From: an uncultured Candidatus Saccharibacteria bacterium
Lineage (GTDB): Bacteria > Patescibacteriota > Minisyncoccia > Phycocordibacterales > UBA12088
Assembly (NCBI GenBank): GCA_964635195.1
Contig: CAZWNC010000001.1
Span: 1,312 to 65,311, forward strand
Direction: 5' to 3'
DNA length: 64,000 nt
The notes beneath the pieces were generated by a model. That model worked only from the letters and a program-made list of their open reading frames with translations, had not been told where the DNA came from and did not search any database. Of this stretch, positions 48,030 through 57,176 are shown one piece after another; within the stretch, counting starts at the first letter, position 1, and each line of letters opens with the position of its first letter. The translations under genes and the position numbers were made by a program.

Positions 48030-48078
48030 TTCCCGAGTGACAGTCACACGTCACGGATGATGTGTGTTTAAAACAGTG

Positions 48079-48107
48079 AAAAGAGAGACAGGACGTCTCT
48101 CTTTTTT
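48079..48107 (+). terminator. intrinsic terminator
   Basis: AAAAGAGAGAC-AGGAC-GTCTCTCTTTTTT. Confidence 0.75.
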
Positions 48108-48159
48108 GTATTCGACTAGTACTGATCAGACGATCCACCTTTGTGATACTATTATCAGT

Positions 48160-49413
48160 ATGAACAAGGGTGTGGGTGTTTCAAGCAAATTCCTTTGGGG
48201 CGCAGCTACTGCATCTTTCCAGGTGGAGGGTGGGATAGAAAACAATGATTGGGCGCAGGCGGCTCGTGAGGGGAAGGTGCCACCCTGTGGTCGTGCGTGT
48301 GACCATTACCATCGTTTTCGTGAGGATTTCGATATTGCTAAAACACTTGGACATACGGCGCATCGCTTTTCGATTGAGTGGTCTCGTATCGAGCCATGCG
48401 AGGGTGAGTTTGACGAGAGCGCCATAGTCCACTACCGTGAAGTGATTGTTGCGTTGCACGAGCGCGGTATTGAACCCGTCGTAACCTTGTGGCATTGGAC
48501 ACTTCCCGAATGGCTTTCGAACACGGGAGGTATTGAGCGTAGTGACTTTCCGGAACGCTTCGCACGGTATTGCGCGTACGTGGTCGAGTGTCTCGCCGAG
48601 CACGCACACTATTTCACCACACTCAACGAGCCCTACAGTACGATCGTAAACGGTTGGGTGCGTGGCACCTTTCCGCCATTTCATCGATTTCCACCAATCG
48701 GCGTAGCACGTATTCCAAGTGATCGAACGCTTGCAGAGAATTCCGTACCCGACTGGTTTGGGTTCGTGAAGTTTTTTACACTCGCAAATACGCTTGCACG
48801 CGCGCACGTGTATGCCTACCGCGCCATAAAGGCCAAGGTGTCCACGGTCGATGTCGGCATTACTTTCCAGGTACACGTATTCACCGGGCGCACCTGGTGG
48901 GGCAAGCTCAAGGCGCGCTTCATGATGTGGAACAACAATCACCGTTTCCTCAAGCGGGTTATACGTCAATGTGACACACTTGGTCTGAATTATTACTTTT
49001 ACACCGACTTCGACGATCATACTGTGCATCCCAAAACAGACATGGGGTGGGACGCACGCCCGGAGAAAATATACGACGCGCTTATGGCAGTGAAGCGCTA
49101 TCGTAAGCCGGTCATTGTCGAGGAGTGCGGGTGCGCGGATGCCCACGATAGGTTTCGTACGGAGTACATTCGGCGGACGGTGGAGGGTATTGAGTGTGCG
49201 ATCCGTGACGGTGTCGATGTGCGTGGCTTCATGTATTGGTCGCTGCTAGATAACTATGAGTGGGCGCATGGCTTCGACAAGCGCTTTGGCCTCGTTGAGG
49301 TAGACTACGACACGCTCGAACGCACCATTCGTCCCTCGGCGTATGCCTATCGTGACCTCATTGCCTCCCGCGTGATTGAAGTCAACCTCCAAGTAGCCCG
49401 GAATTGTACATAA
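48160..49413 (+). CDS. GH1 beta-glycosidase
   Basis: FLWGAATASFQVEG, RFSIEWSRI, TLNEP, LNYY, IVEECG (variant of ITENG), WSLLDNYEW. Confidence 0.93.
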   Translation: MNKGVGVSSKFLWGAATASFQVEGGIENNDWAQAAREGKVPPCGRACDHYHRFREDFDIAKTLGHTAHRFSIEWSRIEPCEGEFDESAIVHYREVIVALHERGIEPVVTLWHWTLPEWLSNTGGIERSDFPERFARYCAYVVECLAEHAHYFTTLNEPYSTIVNGWVRGTFPPFHRFPPIGVARIPSDRTLAENSVPDWFGFVKFFTLANTLARAHVYAYRAIKAKVSTVDVGITFQVHVFTGRTWWGKLKARFMMWNNNHRFLKRVIRQCDTLGLNYYFYTDFDDHTVHPKTDMGWDARPEKIYDALMAVKRYRKPVIVEECGCADAHDRFRTEYIRRTVEGIECAIRDGVDVRGFMYWSLLDNYEWAHGFDKRFGLVEVDYDTLERTIRPSAYAYRDLIASRVIEVNLQVARNCT

Positions 49414-49476
49414 GATACTCACACGTTTCAAAAAAAAGCATGGAAAGCAAGTGTCGTGATGTGGTAGACTGCGAAC

Positions 49477-50847
49477 ATGTTTTCGAATGATGGACGTACT
49501 AATGGTCAAGACATACAGAGTACACGTAACGGAGGTGATGTTCCCACCGTATGGGAGTCAGCCATTCCTCACCCATCTTCAGAGGTTGAGCGAGGTGCGC
49601 CACAACCCTTACGTCCAGATGCCGTAGCGCAAGTGGCCAATCACGCAGTTGTTGGTGAGATGCCACACGGTGGACATCGTGATGCCGAGCTTTTTATCCA
49701 GGGGGTTTTAAACGAAGCGATAGCACGCAGAGCTTCTGACGTGCATTTTGAGCCTCGCACCGATCAATATCGTGTTCGGCTTCGCATAGACGGTGTATTG
49801 CATGTATACCTTGAACGTCCGCTTGAGGAGTACGCATCGGTATTGAATACGGTCAAAGTGCTTGCTGATGTCGATATCGCCGAGCACAGTCTTCCGCAGG
49901 ATGGCCACATCGAAATAGCGGTTGCAGGGCGCGGATCATCACCCGCAAGCGAACAGCATGTCTACGATGTTCGGGTGTCCACATTTCCTTCGGTAAACGG
50001 TGAAGTGATTGTTATGCGTGTACTGAACCGTTCCGACGCGCTTTTAAGTGTTGATGCGCTCGGCATGGATGAATCATCGTTCAAGATGCTTCGCACCATG
50101 CTTCTTTCATCGTTTGGTATGATATTGGTGACCGGTCCGACCGGTTCCGGTAAGACAACCACGTTGTACTCCATGATGCGTGAATTGAAGAGTTCTGAAA
50201 AGAATATGATTACTCTCGAAGACCCGATCGAGTTCCACTTGGACTGGATGCGACAGTGTGAGATACGTGAAGAACGTGGTTTCACTTACGAGCGGGCAAT
50301 GTCTGCGGTACTGAGACAAGACCCCGACGTGCTCATGGTAGGTGAGGTGCGTGACGCAAAGACGGCGGAGTATGCGGTACGCAGTGCTCTCGTGGGACAC
50401 TTGGTTGGGTGTACCATCCATGCAAATACAACGACCGGCACCATAGCGCGCCTTCTTGACCTGGGAGTACCGAGGAGCAGTCTCGCACATGCATTGAACG
50501 GCGTTATCGCGCAACGTCTTGTGCGCATGGTGTGTGCAAGCTGTAGAGAATCGTACATGCCGGAACAATTTCATCTTGAACATTTCGGGTTACGCTCGGA
50601 TTCCGGAACATACTATCGTGGGCGGGGGTGTGCTGTATGCAGTAACACCGGCTATGCTGGCAGAGTTGCCATTTATTCCGTTATGCTTGTTACCGATGGT
50701 CTGCGCAGTATGATATTTGGACAGCATTCTTTGGTCGATATTCAGCAATTCGCCATGCAAGAGGGTATGCGTACACTCAAGATGGACGCGGTTGCGAAAA
50801 TTCTTGCGGGAATCACTACGGTCGAGGAAGCGGCGAGGGTTATTTAG
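49477..50847 (+). CDS. PilB/GspE-family pilus assembly ATPase
   Basis: ASDVHFEP, RIDG, PQDG, GPTGSGKTTT, EDPIE, RQDPD, GEVRD, two CxxC. Confidence 0.95.
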   Translation: MFSNDGRTNGQDIQSTRNGGDVPTVWESAIPHPSSEVERGAPQPLRPDAVAQVANHAVVGEMPHGGHRDAELFIQGVLNEAIARRASDVHFEPRTDQYRVRLRIDGVLHVYLERPLEEYASVLNTVKVLADVDIAEHSLPQDGHIEIAVAGRGSSPASEQHVYDVRVSTFPSVNGEVIVMRVLNRSDALLSVDALGMDESSFKMLRTMLLSSFGMILVTGPTGSGKTTTLYSMMRELKSSEKNMITLEDPIEFHLDWMRQCEIREERGFTYERAMSAVLRQDPDVLMVGEVRDAKTAEYAVRSALVGHLVGCTIHANTTTGTIARLLDLGVPRSSLAHALNGVIAQRLVRMVCASCRESYMPEQFHLEHFGLRSDSGTYYRGRGCAVCSNTGYAGRVAIYSVMLVTDGLRSMIFGQHSLVDIQQFAMQEGMRTLKMDAVAKILAGITTVEEAARVI

Positions 50848-50939
50848 GGTTATTCACGCTTCCTACCGCACATTGCTTGTCATATGCGTGTCGGCGCGGT
50901 ACCATACTCGGTATTGATGTATGACGAAACTGTTTCCAT

Positions 50940-51323
50940 ATGAAATTATTTGATTTGTTTAAAAAAGAACGAAAAGTCCTTGTGGTCGAGGATGACGTGC
51001 GCCTTCGGGAATCGTTACGTGATGTCTTTGAAGCAAAAGGGTATGTGGTTACCGAAGCGGGCGACGCAACCACCGTACTTGCTTCAATAGGAAAAAGCGT
51101 TCCCGACGTAATGGTGCTCGACCTTATTCTTCCTGCAAAAGACGGTATTACGTTGCTTGAAGAGATGCGAAACGAAGGTTACTCGTTTCCCGTCGTTATT
51201 TTGTCAAACCTACTTGGTTCCGATTCATTGCGTGAAGATGCCGAACGTCTCGGTGCCGTATTTTACAACAAGTCATCGACGTCGCTTGAGGACATTGCGG
51301 GTGCGGTGTCGAAGGTGATTTAA
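50940..51323 (+). CDS. single-domain response regulator
   Basis: VLVVEDD, VLDLILP, ILSN, NKS. Confidence 0.9.
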   Translation: MKLFDLFKKERKVLVVEDDVRLRESLRDVFEAKGYVVTEAGDATTVLASIGKSVPDVMVLDLILPAKDGITLLEEMRNEGYSFPVVILSNLLGSDSLREDAERLGAVFYNKSSTSLEDIAGAVSKVI

Positions 51324-51335
51324 TCAATGTCGTGC

Positions 51336-51731
51336 ATGGGTTTCTTTCGTTCAATCTTTTCACAAGAAAAAAATACGGTACTACTTGTCGAGGACGATGT
51401 TCCTTTGCGTCAATTTATGGCGGAGCAGCTGACAGGACGCGGTTTGCACGTCATTGAAACAGGTGATGGTTCCGCAGCATCTCAGATTATCGCCGAGAAG
51501 CAACCCGATTGCGTCGTGCTGGACGTTATGTTGCCGGGGAAGAACGGTATGCAGATTCTCGCTGAACTCCGCGCGGTTGATACTCGAACGCCTGTTGTGG
51601 TGCTCACTACGCTTTCCGGAGAGGGTGGCCTGCGTCTTGAAGCAGAAAAACACAATGCAACATTTTTGAATAAGGCCGATACCTCCCTCGAGGCGGTTAT
51701 TGAGACCGTCGTCAAAAAGCTTGATCGTTAG
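51336..51731 (+). CDS. single-domain response regulator
   Basis: LLVEDD, VLDVMLP, VLTT, NKA. Start may be 51327. Confidence 0.9.
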   Translation: MGFFRSIFSQEKNTVLLVEDDVPLRQFMAEQLTGRGLHVIETGDGSAASQIIAEKQPDCVVLDVMLPGKNGMQILAELRAVDTRTPVVVLTTLSGEGGLRLEAEKHNATFLNKADTSLEAVIETVVKKLDR

Positions 51732-51739
51732 TTTGACCT

Positions 51740-52444
51740 ATGGCACCTGAAGTTCATACCCATGCGATGTTGCTGCGTGTCATCGCGCATGACCTATTGT
51801 CACCACTTACCGCAATAAAGTGGCAAACGGAGCTCATGGAGCGTCCGGACATCTCGCGTGAAAAACGGGAAGGCTATTTTGCGACAATACGTTCAACGAC
51901 CGAGCTTGGTATTACCATCACCAAACATGCTCACGTTGCGGGGAGCGTGCTCACCAACACCTACACAGGAGAACCTTCCATGCTTGCACCGTCGAACGCG
52001 GTTGATTCCGCATGCGCATCGCTCAAGCCACAATTCGAGCGGCATGGTATTGCGCTTGTGTGGGACGTCGGAACTTCTGAAGAGCAAATGCTCGATTCTT
52101 CGCTTACCGGACTCCTGATGTGGTCGATTGCAAAGTTTTTTCTTGCCTGTGTACCCATGAACGGTACAGTCCGTGTCACAGCCGGTTCCAATATCGGTAA
52201 AGATGATGATGGTGTTTCCGTATACGAAGTGGTGTGCAGTTCTCCGAATACGATTGAGTCTGATGCGCTTGTTAAGGTCTTCACTACACTTACTCCACGC
52301 ACCTCGCTCGACCAAGAGTATGTGTTTGCATTTCTCATACACGAGGTCGCACGTTCGCTGAAAAATGTATCCGTTTCCGCATCGATGGAACAGGGGAGTC
52401 TTACACTACGTGCACGTTTTGCGCCTGATCCCACAACCTCTTAA
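51740..52444 (+). CDS. histidine-kinase-like protein with degenerate ATP-binding domain
   Basis: H-box IAHDLLSPLTAI; no sensor domain; N/G1/G2 boxes not recognisable. Confidence 0.7.
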   Translation: MAPEVHTHAMLLRVIAHDLLSPLTAIKWQTELMERPDISREKREGYFATIRSTTELGITITKHAHVAGSVLTNTYTGEPSMLAPSNAVDSACASLKPQFERHGIALVWDVGTSEEQMLDSSLTGLLMWSIAKFFLACVPMNGTVRVTAGSNIGKDDDGVSVYEVVCSSPNTIESDALVKVFTTLTPRTSLDQEYVFAFLIHEVARSLKNVSVSASMEQGSLTLRARFAPDPTTS

Positions 52445-52617
52445 TACACAGGGTTTACATCATTTGGATGAAGTTCGCGAAGTCAAGGAGCAACACCGGC
52501 GAGTAGTATCGAGATATAGTGTGAGTCGGTTTGCGACGTGGGAGACAAAGAAATTCGCCGCATGCGTAAGCCCTATAAACTTGTATTGGCCGGCCGTCTA
52601 GGTGTAGCATGGAAGGT

Positions 52618-54195
52618 ATGCGCATCTCTTATTGGTACATACTCGGACTCCTTGCTCTTGTTGGTGTTGTAGGTGTCGCGTGGTTTGAGATGCGGCAGGT
52701 TGGTACTGTGCCCGCGTTTGAAGTTGCGCGTGTCGAACAGAGTGATCTCGAATATATTGTCAGTGTCACAGGTCGGGCAGAGCCGCTACAGCGCCTGTCA
52801 CTTGCGTTTCCGGTTGGAGGCAGGATTGAGCGTATAGCGGTTAAGGAGGGTGACCTGATCACACAAGGCGCACTTGTGGCTCGACTTGAAGGCTCATACA
52901 TGGAAGCGCAGTTGCTCGAGTCGGAAGCGCGTGTTGCGCGTGAGCGCACGTTTTATGAAGAACTTATTGCTCCGATACGAAGTGAGTCGGTTCGACTTGA
53001 AGATGTGAAGGTTGTTCAGGCCAGGGAAGCGCTTGCCCGTGCCGAAGACACTGCCCGTACCGCTCTCGCACGAGCGTACGTCCAAGTTGAAGATGCACTT
53101 CATAGACAAATAGATACGTTGTTTGAGCAAGCACCGGAGAACGGATTTTTCGGCATTGAATACACCACAGCTAATGCGACGTACCGTATTCGGGGTGACT
53201 ATCGTGAGACCATGCTGTTGAATGATTTGCGTGCCGATGCGGAACGGGCGATTGTCGGCATGCGTGACCGTATGGACGATTCCATACCGGTGTCCAAACT
53301 CCTTGTGCTCTCCAGTACCGATCTCCTTGCTGTTGAGCGCCTAAGTACGGAACTCGCTCGAGTGGTCAACGGTTATAGTGCAGATGATATTTACGAAGAA
53401 GCTGCGTACGCGCCTTTTCAGAACGCAGTTCAGCAAGCGCGTACCACCATAGCACAAGTGCGGGGCGACATTGATTCTGTTGCAAGTGCGTATGACGGAC
53501 ATACGCACGCACTCAATCGCGTCATACAAGAGCGCGATCTTGCGTTTGCGGGCGTACGGAGCGAAACGGTGCGCACGCAGCAGGCGGCGATTGCACTTGC
53601 CGAACGCGGGTACGCAAGTGCGCGGGCTAAGCTTGAGGAAAACAATCTTGTGTCTCCGGTCTCCGGTCGTGTCGTTCGGATTGAGCCTTTGGAGGGTGAA
53701 ACAGTACATGCGTACGATGAAGTGCTTGCGGTTGAGGTCGATGCCGGTTCATACGAGGTGCAGGTGTATATGCCCGAAGTAGATATAGCGCGCGTGAGTC
53801 TGGGCGATCGGGCGTCCATCACGTTCGATGCGTTTGGTCGCGAGTATGTTTTTGGTGGTAAGGTCGTACGTATCGCGCTTGCGGAGACCGTTCGTGAAGG
53901 GGTGCCGACTTACAAAACAACAATCGCCGTTACCGATACGCCGGATGCAACATTGCTCGTGCGCCCGGGTATGACCGCAGATGTCGATATCACTACGGAC
54001 GAACGTCCGCACGTCCTCACAGTTCCGACGCGCAGCATTCTTGCACGGGGTGAGCAAAAGTACGTCCGCCTCGTTGAGGGCGCGCAATTCACAGAGCGCC
54101 CTGTGACAGTTGGTTTACGTGGTTCACAAGGCACGACCGAAATCGTCGAAGGTCTTGCAGAAGGTGATGAAGTTGTGGTGTATATGAAAGAATAG
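52618..54195 (+). CDS. efflux membrane-fusion (MacA/HlyD-like) adaptor
   Basis: N-terminal TM, GGRI...VKEGD, long coiled coil, SPVSG, RPGMTA, GL.EGD. Start could be 52609. Confidence 0.9.
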   Translation: MRISYWYILGLLALVGVVGVAWFEMRQVGTVPAFEVARVEQSDLEYIVSVTGRAEPLQRLSLAFPVGGRIERIAVKEGDLITQGALVARLEGSYMEAQLLESEARVARERTFYEELIAPIRSESVRLEDVKVVQAREALARAEDTARTALARAYVQVEDALHRQIDTLFEQAPENGFFGIEYTTANATYRIRGDYRETMLLNDLRADAERAIVGMRDRMDDSIPVSKLLVLSSTDLLAVERLSTELARVVNGYSADDIYEEAAYAPFQNAVQQARTTIAQVRGDIDSVASAYDGHTHALNRVIQERDLAFAGVRSETVRTQQAAIALAERGYASARAKLEENNLVSPVSGRVVRIEPLEGETVHAYDEVLAVEVDAGSYEVQVYMPEVDIARVSLGDRASITFDAFGREYVFGGKVVRIALAETVREGVPTYKTTIAVTDTPDATLLVRPGMTADVDITTDERPHVLTVPTRSILARGEQKYVRLVEGAQFTERPVTVGLRGSQGTTEIVEGLAEGDEVVVYMKE

Positions 54196-54208
54196 CGTTT
54201 AGTCATAT

Positions 54209-54889
54209 ATGACCTCATCGTCGCTTATAGAGGCGATTAATCTTACAAAGACGTATTCCGACGGGACGAGCGCTTTGCGCAATGCCACCTTCACAATTGA
54301 TTCAGGAGAATTTGTGGCGATTATGGGCCCGTCAGGGTCGGGTAAGTCGACTCTACTGCATATCCTTGGCTTTCTTGATCCACAGACGACCGGGGAATAC
54401 CTTTTTCGAGGAAAATCCGCACTTACCATACCGCCACATGAAATAGCACGAATACGCAATGAAGAGATTGGTTTTGTTTTCCAGCAGTTTAATCTTCTTC
54501 CTCGAGAGACAGTGCTCGAAAATGTCTACTTACCGCTCTACTACAGTATGGTGCCAAAGCGTGAGTGGCTTGCTCGTGCGACACGAGCGGTGGAGGAGGT
54601 GGGGCTGACTCAGCGTATACAACACGAAGCGTACATGCTCTCGGGAGGAGAGAAGCAACGTGTTGCGATTGCGCGTGCGCTCATACAAGACCCAAAAGTG
54701 ATCTTTGCGGATGAGCCGACCGGTAATCTCGACACTGTTGCAGGAAATACGGTGCTCGCATTGGTAGAGCGTTTGCATCAAAAGGGACACACGGTCATTT
54801 TGATAACTCACGACTCTGACGTGGCAGCGAGAGCCAAGCGTATGCTAATTGTTCGTGATGGGGTACTGGAAGGAGGGTGTCCTGCTTGA
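54209..54889 (+). CDS. MacB/LolD-type ABC ATPase
   Basis: [36 protein letters not shown]. Confidence 0.95.
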   Translation: MTSSSLIEAINLTKTYSDGTSALRNATFTIDSGEFVAIMGPSGSGKSTLLHILGFLDPQTTGEYLFRGKSALTIPPHEIARIRNEEIGFVFQQFNLLPRETVLENVYLPLYYSMVPKREWLARATRAVEEVGLTQRIQHEAYMLSGGEKQRVAIARALIQDPKVIFADEPTGNLDTVAGNTVLALVERLHQKGHTVILITHDSDVAARAKRMLIVRDGVLEGGCPA

Positions 54890-54892
54890 CCT

Positions 54893-56137
54893 ATGAGGAT
54901 TCTTGCCACCACAGAGATCGCAGTGCATGGCTTGGGTACTAAGCCCTCGCGTACGTTCTTGACACTCCTTGGTATTGCCATCGGAGTTGCTGCGGTTATC
55001 ACTATTGCATCCCTTGGAGCAGGGACACAGCTACTTATTACAGACGAAATCAGTGGACTCGGTGCTGATGTGATAGCTGTACAGCCGGGAAGAAATACGA
55101 CAGGAATCGCGGATATCGCTTCGCGTCTGTATGCGAAGTCGCTCGACGGTGCCGATGTTGAGGCGTTGCGTCGCACTGAAAACGTACCCCACGCTGTTTC
55201 CGTGGAGCCGGTTGTTATGGTGCCCGGCTCGGTGAGTTTTGAAAGCGAAACGTATTACCCGCAAATAGTGGGAGGGAGCGCAGAGCTCTATCAGCAGATG
55301 TTCGACATCTATCCTGCGGAAGGGGACATGTTCGGCGATACGGAGATACGTGAAAAGGCGAGCATTGCAGTTATTGGTTATAAAGTTAATCTTGAGCTCT
55401 TTTCCGGTCGTTCAGGGTATGGTGAAAAGATTACCATAGGCGGAAAGAAGTTTCGTGTGACGGGTGTATTGCCACAACTTGGCCAGGTTGCTTTTGCACA
55501 GGTGGATGACATGGTACTTATTCCGCACACAACCGCACAAACTTACTTGTTGGGGCAGAAACATTACAACGAGTTCATTGTACAAGTTGATGACCCTGTG
55601 CACGTGGCTCGCACCGAGGAGGACATCAAGCGGACACTTCGCGAGACACACAAACTGGACAATGGGGAGGAAAGTGATTTCGTGGTACAGACTCCGAGTG
55701 CGCTCATTGAACAGGTCGGTACCATCCTAGATACGCTCACACTCTTTCTCACCGCCGTTGTTGCTATTGCACTTGTGGTTGGTGGTATCGGTATTATGAA
55801 TATTATGCTTGTTTCGGTTACCGAGCGTACTCGCGAGATAGGGTTACGCAAGGCGCTTGGCGCAACAGACATGAACATTCTCACACAGTTTCTACTTGAA
55901 GCGATGTTGCTGACCATGCTGGGCGGAGCTGTGGGCATCTTTTTTGGTGCGGGAGCCGCATATGGAGCAAGTGTGGCTATTCGTACTTTTTCAACACTCG
56001 ACTGGACGTTTGTGTTTCCCCTGGAAGCGGCAAGTGTCGCACTCATCTTTTCAGCATGCATCGGACTCGTATTCGGACTGTATCCGGCGAGGAAGGCTTC
56101 AAAGAAGAGTCCGATGGAGGCATTGCGATACGAATGA
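54893..56137 (+). CDS. MacB-type ABC permease
   Basis: LTLLGIAIGV, VGGIGIMNIMLVSVTERTREIGLRKALGA, PMEALRYE. Confidence 0.95.
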   Translation: MRILATTEIAVHGLGTKPSRTFLTLLGIAIGVAAVITIASLGAGTQLLITDEISGLGADVIAVQPGRNTTGIADIASRLYAKSLDGADVEALRRTENVPHAVSVEPVVMVPGSVSFESETYYPQIVGGSAELYQQMFDIYPAEGDMFGDTEIREKASIAVIGYKVNLELFSGRSGYGEKITIGGKKFRVTGVLPQLGQVAFAQVDDMVLIPHTTAQTYLLGQKHYNEFIVQVDDPVHVARTEEDIKRTLRETHKLDNGEESDFVVQTPSALIEQVGTILDTLTLFLTAVVAIALVVGGIGIMNIMLVSVTERTREIGLRKALGATDMNILTQFLLEAMLLTMLGGAVGIFFGAGAAYGASVAIRTFSTLDWTFVFPLEAASVALIFSACIGLVFGLYPARKASKKSPMEALRYE

Positions 56138-56197
56138 GTGTGCTATTTGAGCATCGGCACAAGATGTAGTAAGATACTGTGGTACCCGTAGAAGGGT

Positions 56198-56273
56198 GCC
56201 GAGATAGCTCAGTCGGTAGAGCACCCCCATGGTAAGGGGGAGGTCCCGAGTTCGATCCTCGGTCTCGGCTCCA
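56198..56273 (+). tRNA. tRNA-Thr(GGT)
   Basis: Cloverleaf; anticodon arm CCCCC-ATGGTAA-GGGGG; TTCGA T-loop; CCA encoded. Confidence 0.97.
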
Positions 56274-56453
56274 AGAGCGAGAGAGCAGCGTGCCTGCGCA
56301 CGCTGTGTCGAGGATAGAAAGGCGCAACCATCGACTTGCTATACGCGAGGAGAGGCGAGCCGGGGTCGAGAGCACTTGGTTATTGAGGAACCGCCTCAGG
56401 CGGAGATGAAATAACCTAGTGACTCGTGACCGATCCTCGGTCTCGGCTCCAAG
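56253..56453 (+). mobile_element. 155-bp structured element bounded by 23-bp direct repeats of the tRNA 3' end
   Basis: CGATCCTCGGTCTCGGCTCCAAG occurs at both 56253-56275 and 56431-56453. Confidence 0.65.
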
Positions 56454-56522
56454 GAGACGCGCGTGCGTCTAGGATGTACAGTATAAATACTTGTAGGTAT
56501 ACTGTAATACGTGTGTGACCGT

Positions 56523-56595
56523 GCCGCCTTAGCTCAGTCGGTAGAGCAATGCATTCGTAACGCATAGGTCCCCAGTTCGATCCTGGGAGGCGGCT
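56523..56595 (+). tRNA. tRNA-Thr(CGT)
   Basis: Cloverleaf; anticodon loop TTCGTAA; TTCGA T-loop; CCA not encoded. Confidence 0.95.
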
Positions 56596-56834
56596 CACAA
56601 ACAGGGTGCGTGAAAAAGTCGCGAGAGTGGCGGTAGTCATTAATGATTCGCTGTTGAATCAAGAAACGTTTTTTGTACAAGGACGTACTTTTTTTGTATC
56701 CACAAAGTCCGACAGCGCATCATGTAAAGCGATACTTTGGACAAAGGCCACGTCTTGCGAATATGGTCGTGTGTGCTAACGTATCTCATGGGTTCAAGAT
56801 CTTTCACGCTTTCTCTGTCAGAGGAGTCACTCGC

Positions 56835-57047
56835 ATGCTTGCTACAATTCCCGCAAAAGGGGTTGTGAATGAGAATTGCCCATTGTGCATTTCAGCCGGT
56901 GGCAAACTTACACATCTGACGTATTGCATCAATGGTCCCGTTTTGAAATGTGACACCTGCCACTGTCGTTTTTTCCCGAAAAAGAAATTCTTTGGACTTA
57001 TACATTTCTACGAAATGGGCATCCATTTTTCTGACCTCAGGTCTTAG
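56835..57047 (+). CDS. 70-aa putative zinc-ribbon protein
   Basis: SD AGAGGAG; CPLC...CDTC; terminator at 57073-57110. Confidence 0.7.
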   Translation: MLATIPAKGVVNENCPLCISAGGKLTHLTYCINGPVLKCDTCHCRFFPKKKFFGLIHFYEMGIHFSDLRS

Positions 57048-57072
57048 TGTTCCCGCGAATACAGAAGTTCCT

Positions 57073-57110
57073 AACCGCCCACTCGCATTTGGTTGTGAGG
57101 GGCGGTTTTT
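57073..57110 (+). terminator. intrinsic terminator
   Basis: AACCGCCC...GGGCGGTTTTT. Confidence 0.65.
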
Positions 57111-57176
57111 CATAGCATCTGGATTAACGTATGGTATGACATAGGCATTGAAGGTTTCTTGCGGTATAGTATTTGC

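Noticed and set aside
56276-56430. Intact prophage or genomic island at tRNA-Thr
   Set aside because: Only 155 bp lie between the repeats and there is no integrase in the window; reported as a mini-element instead.
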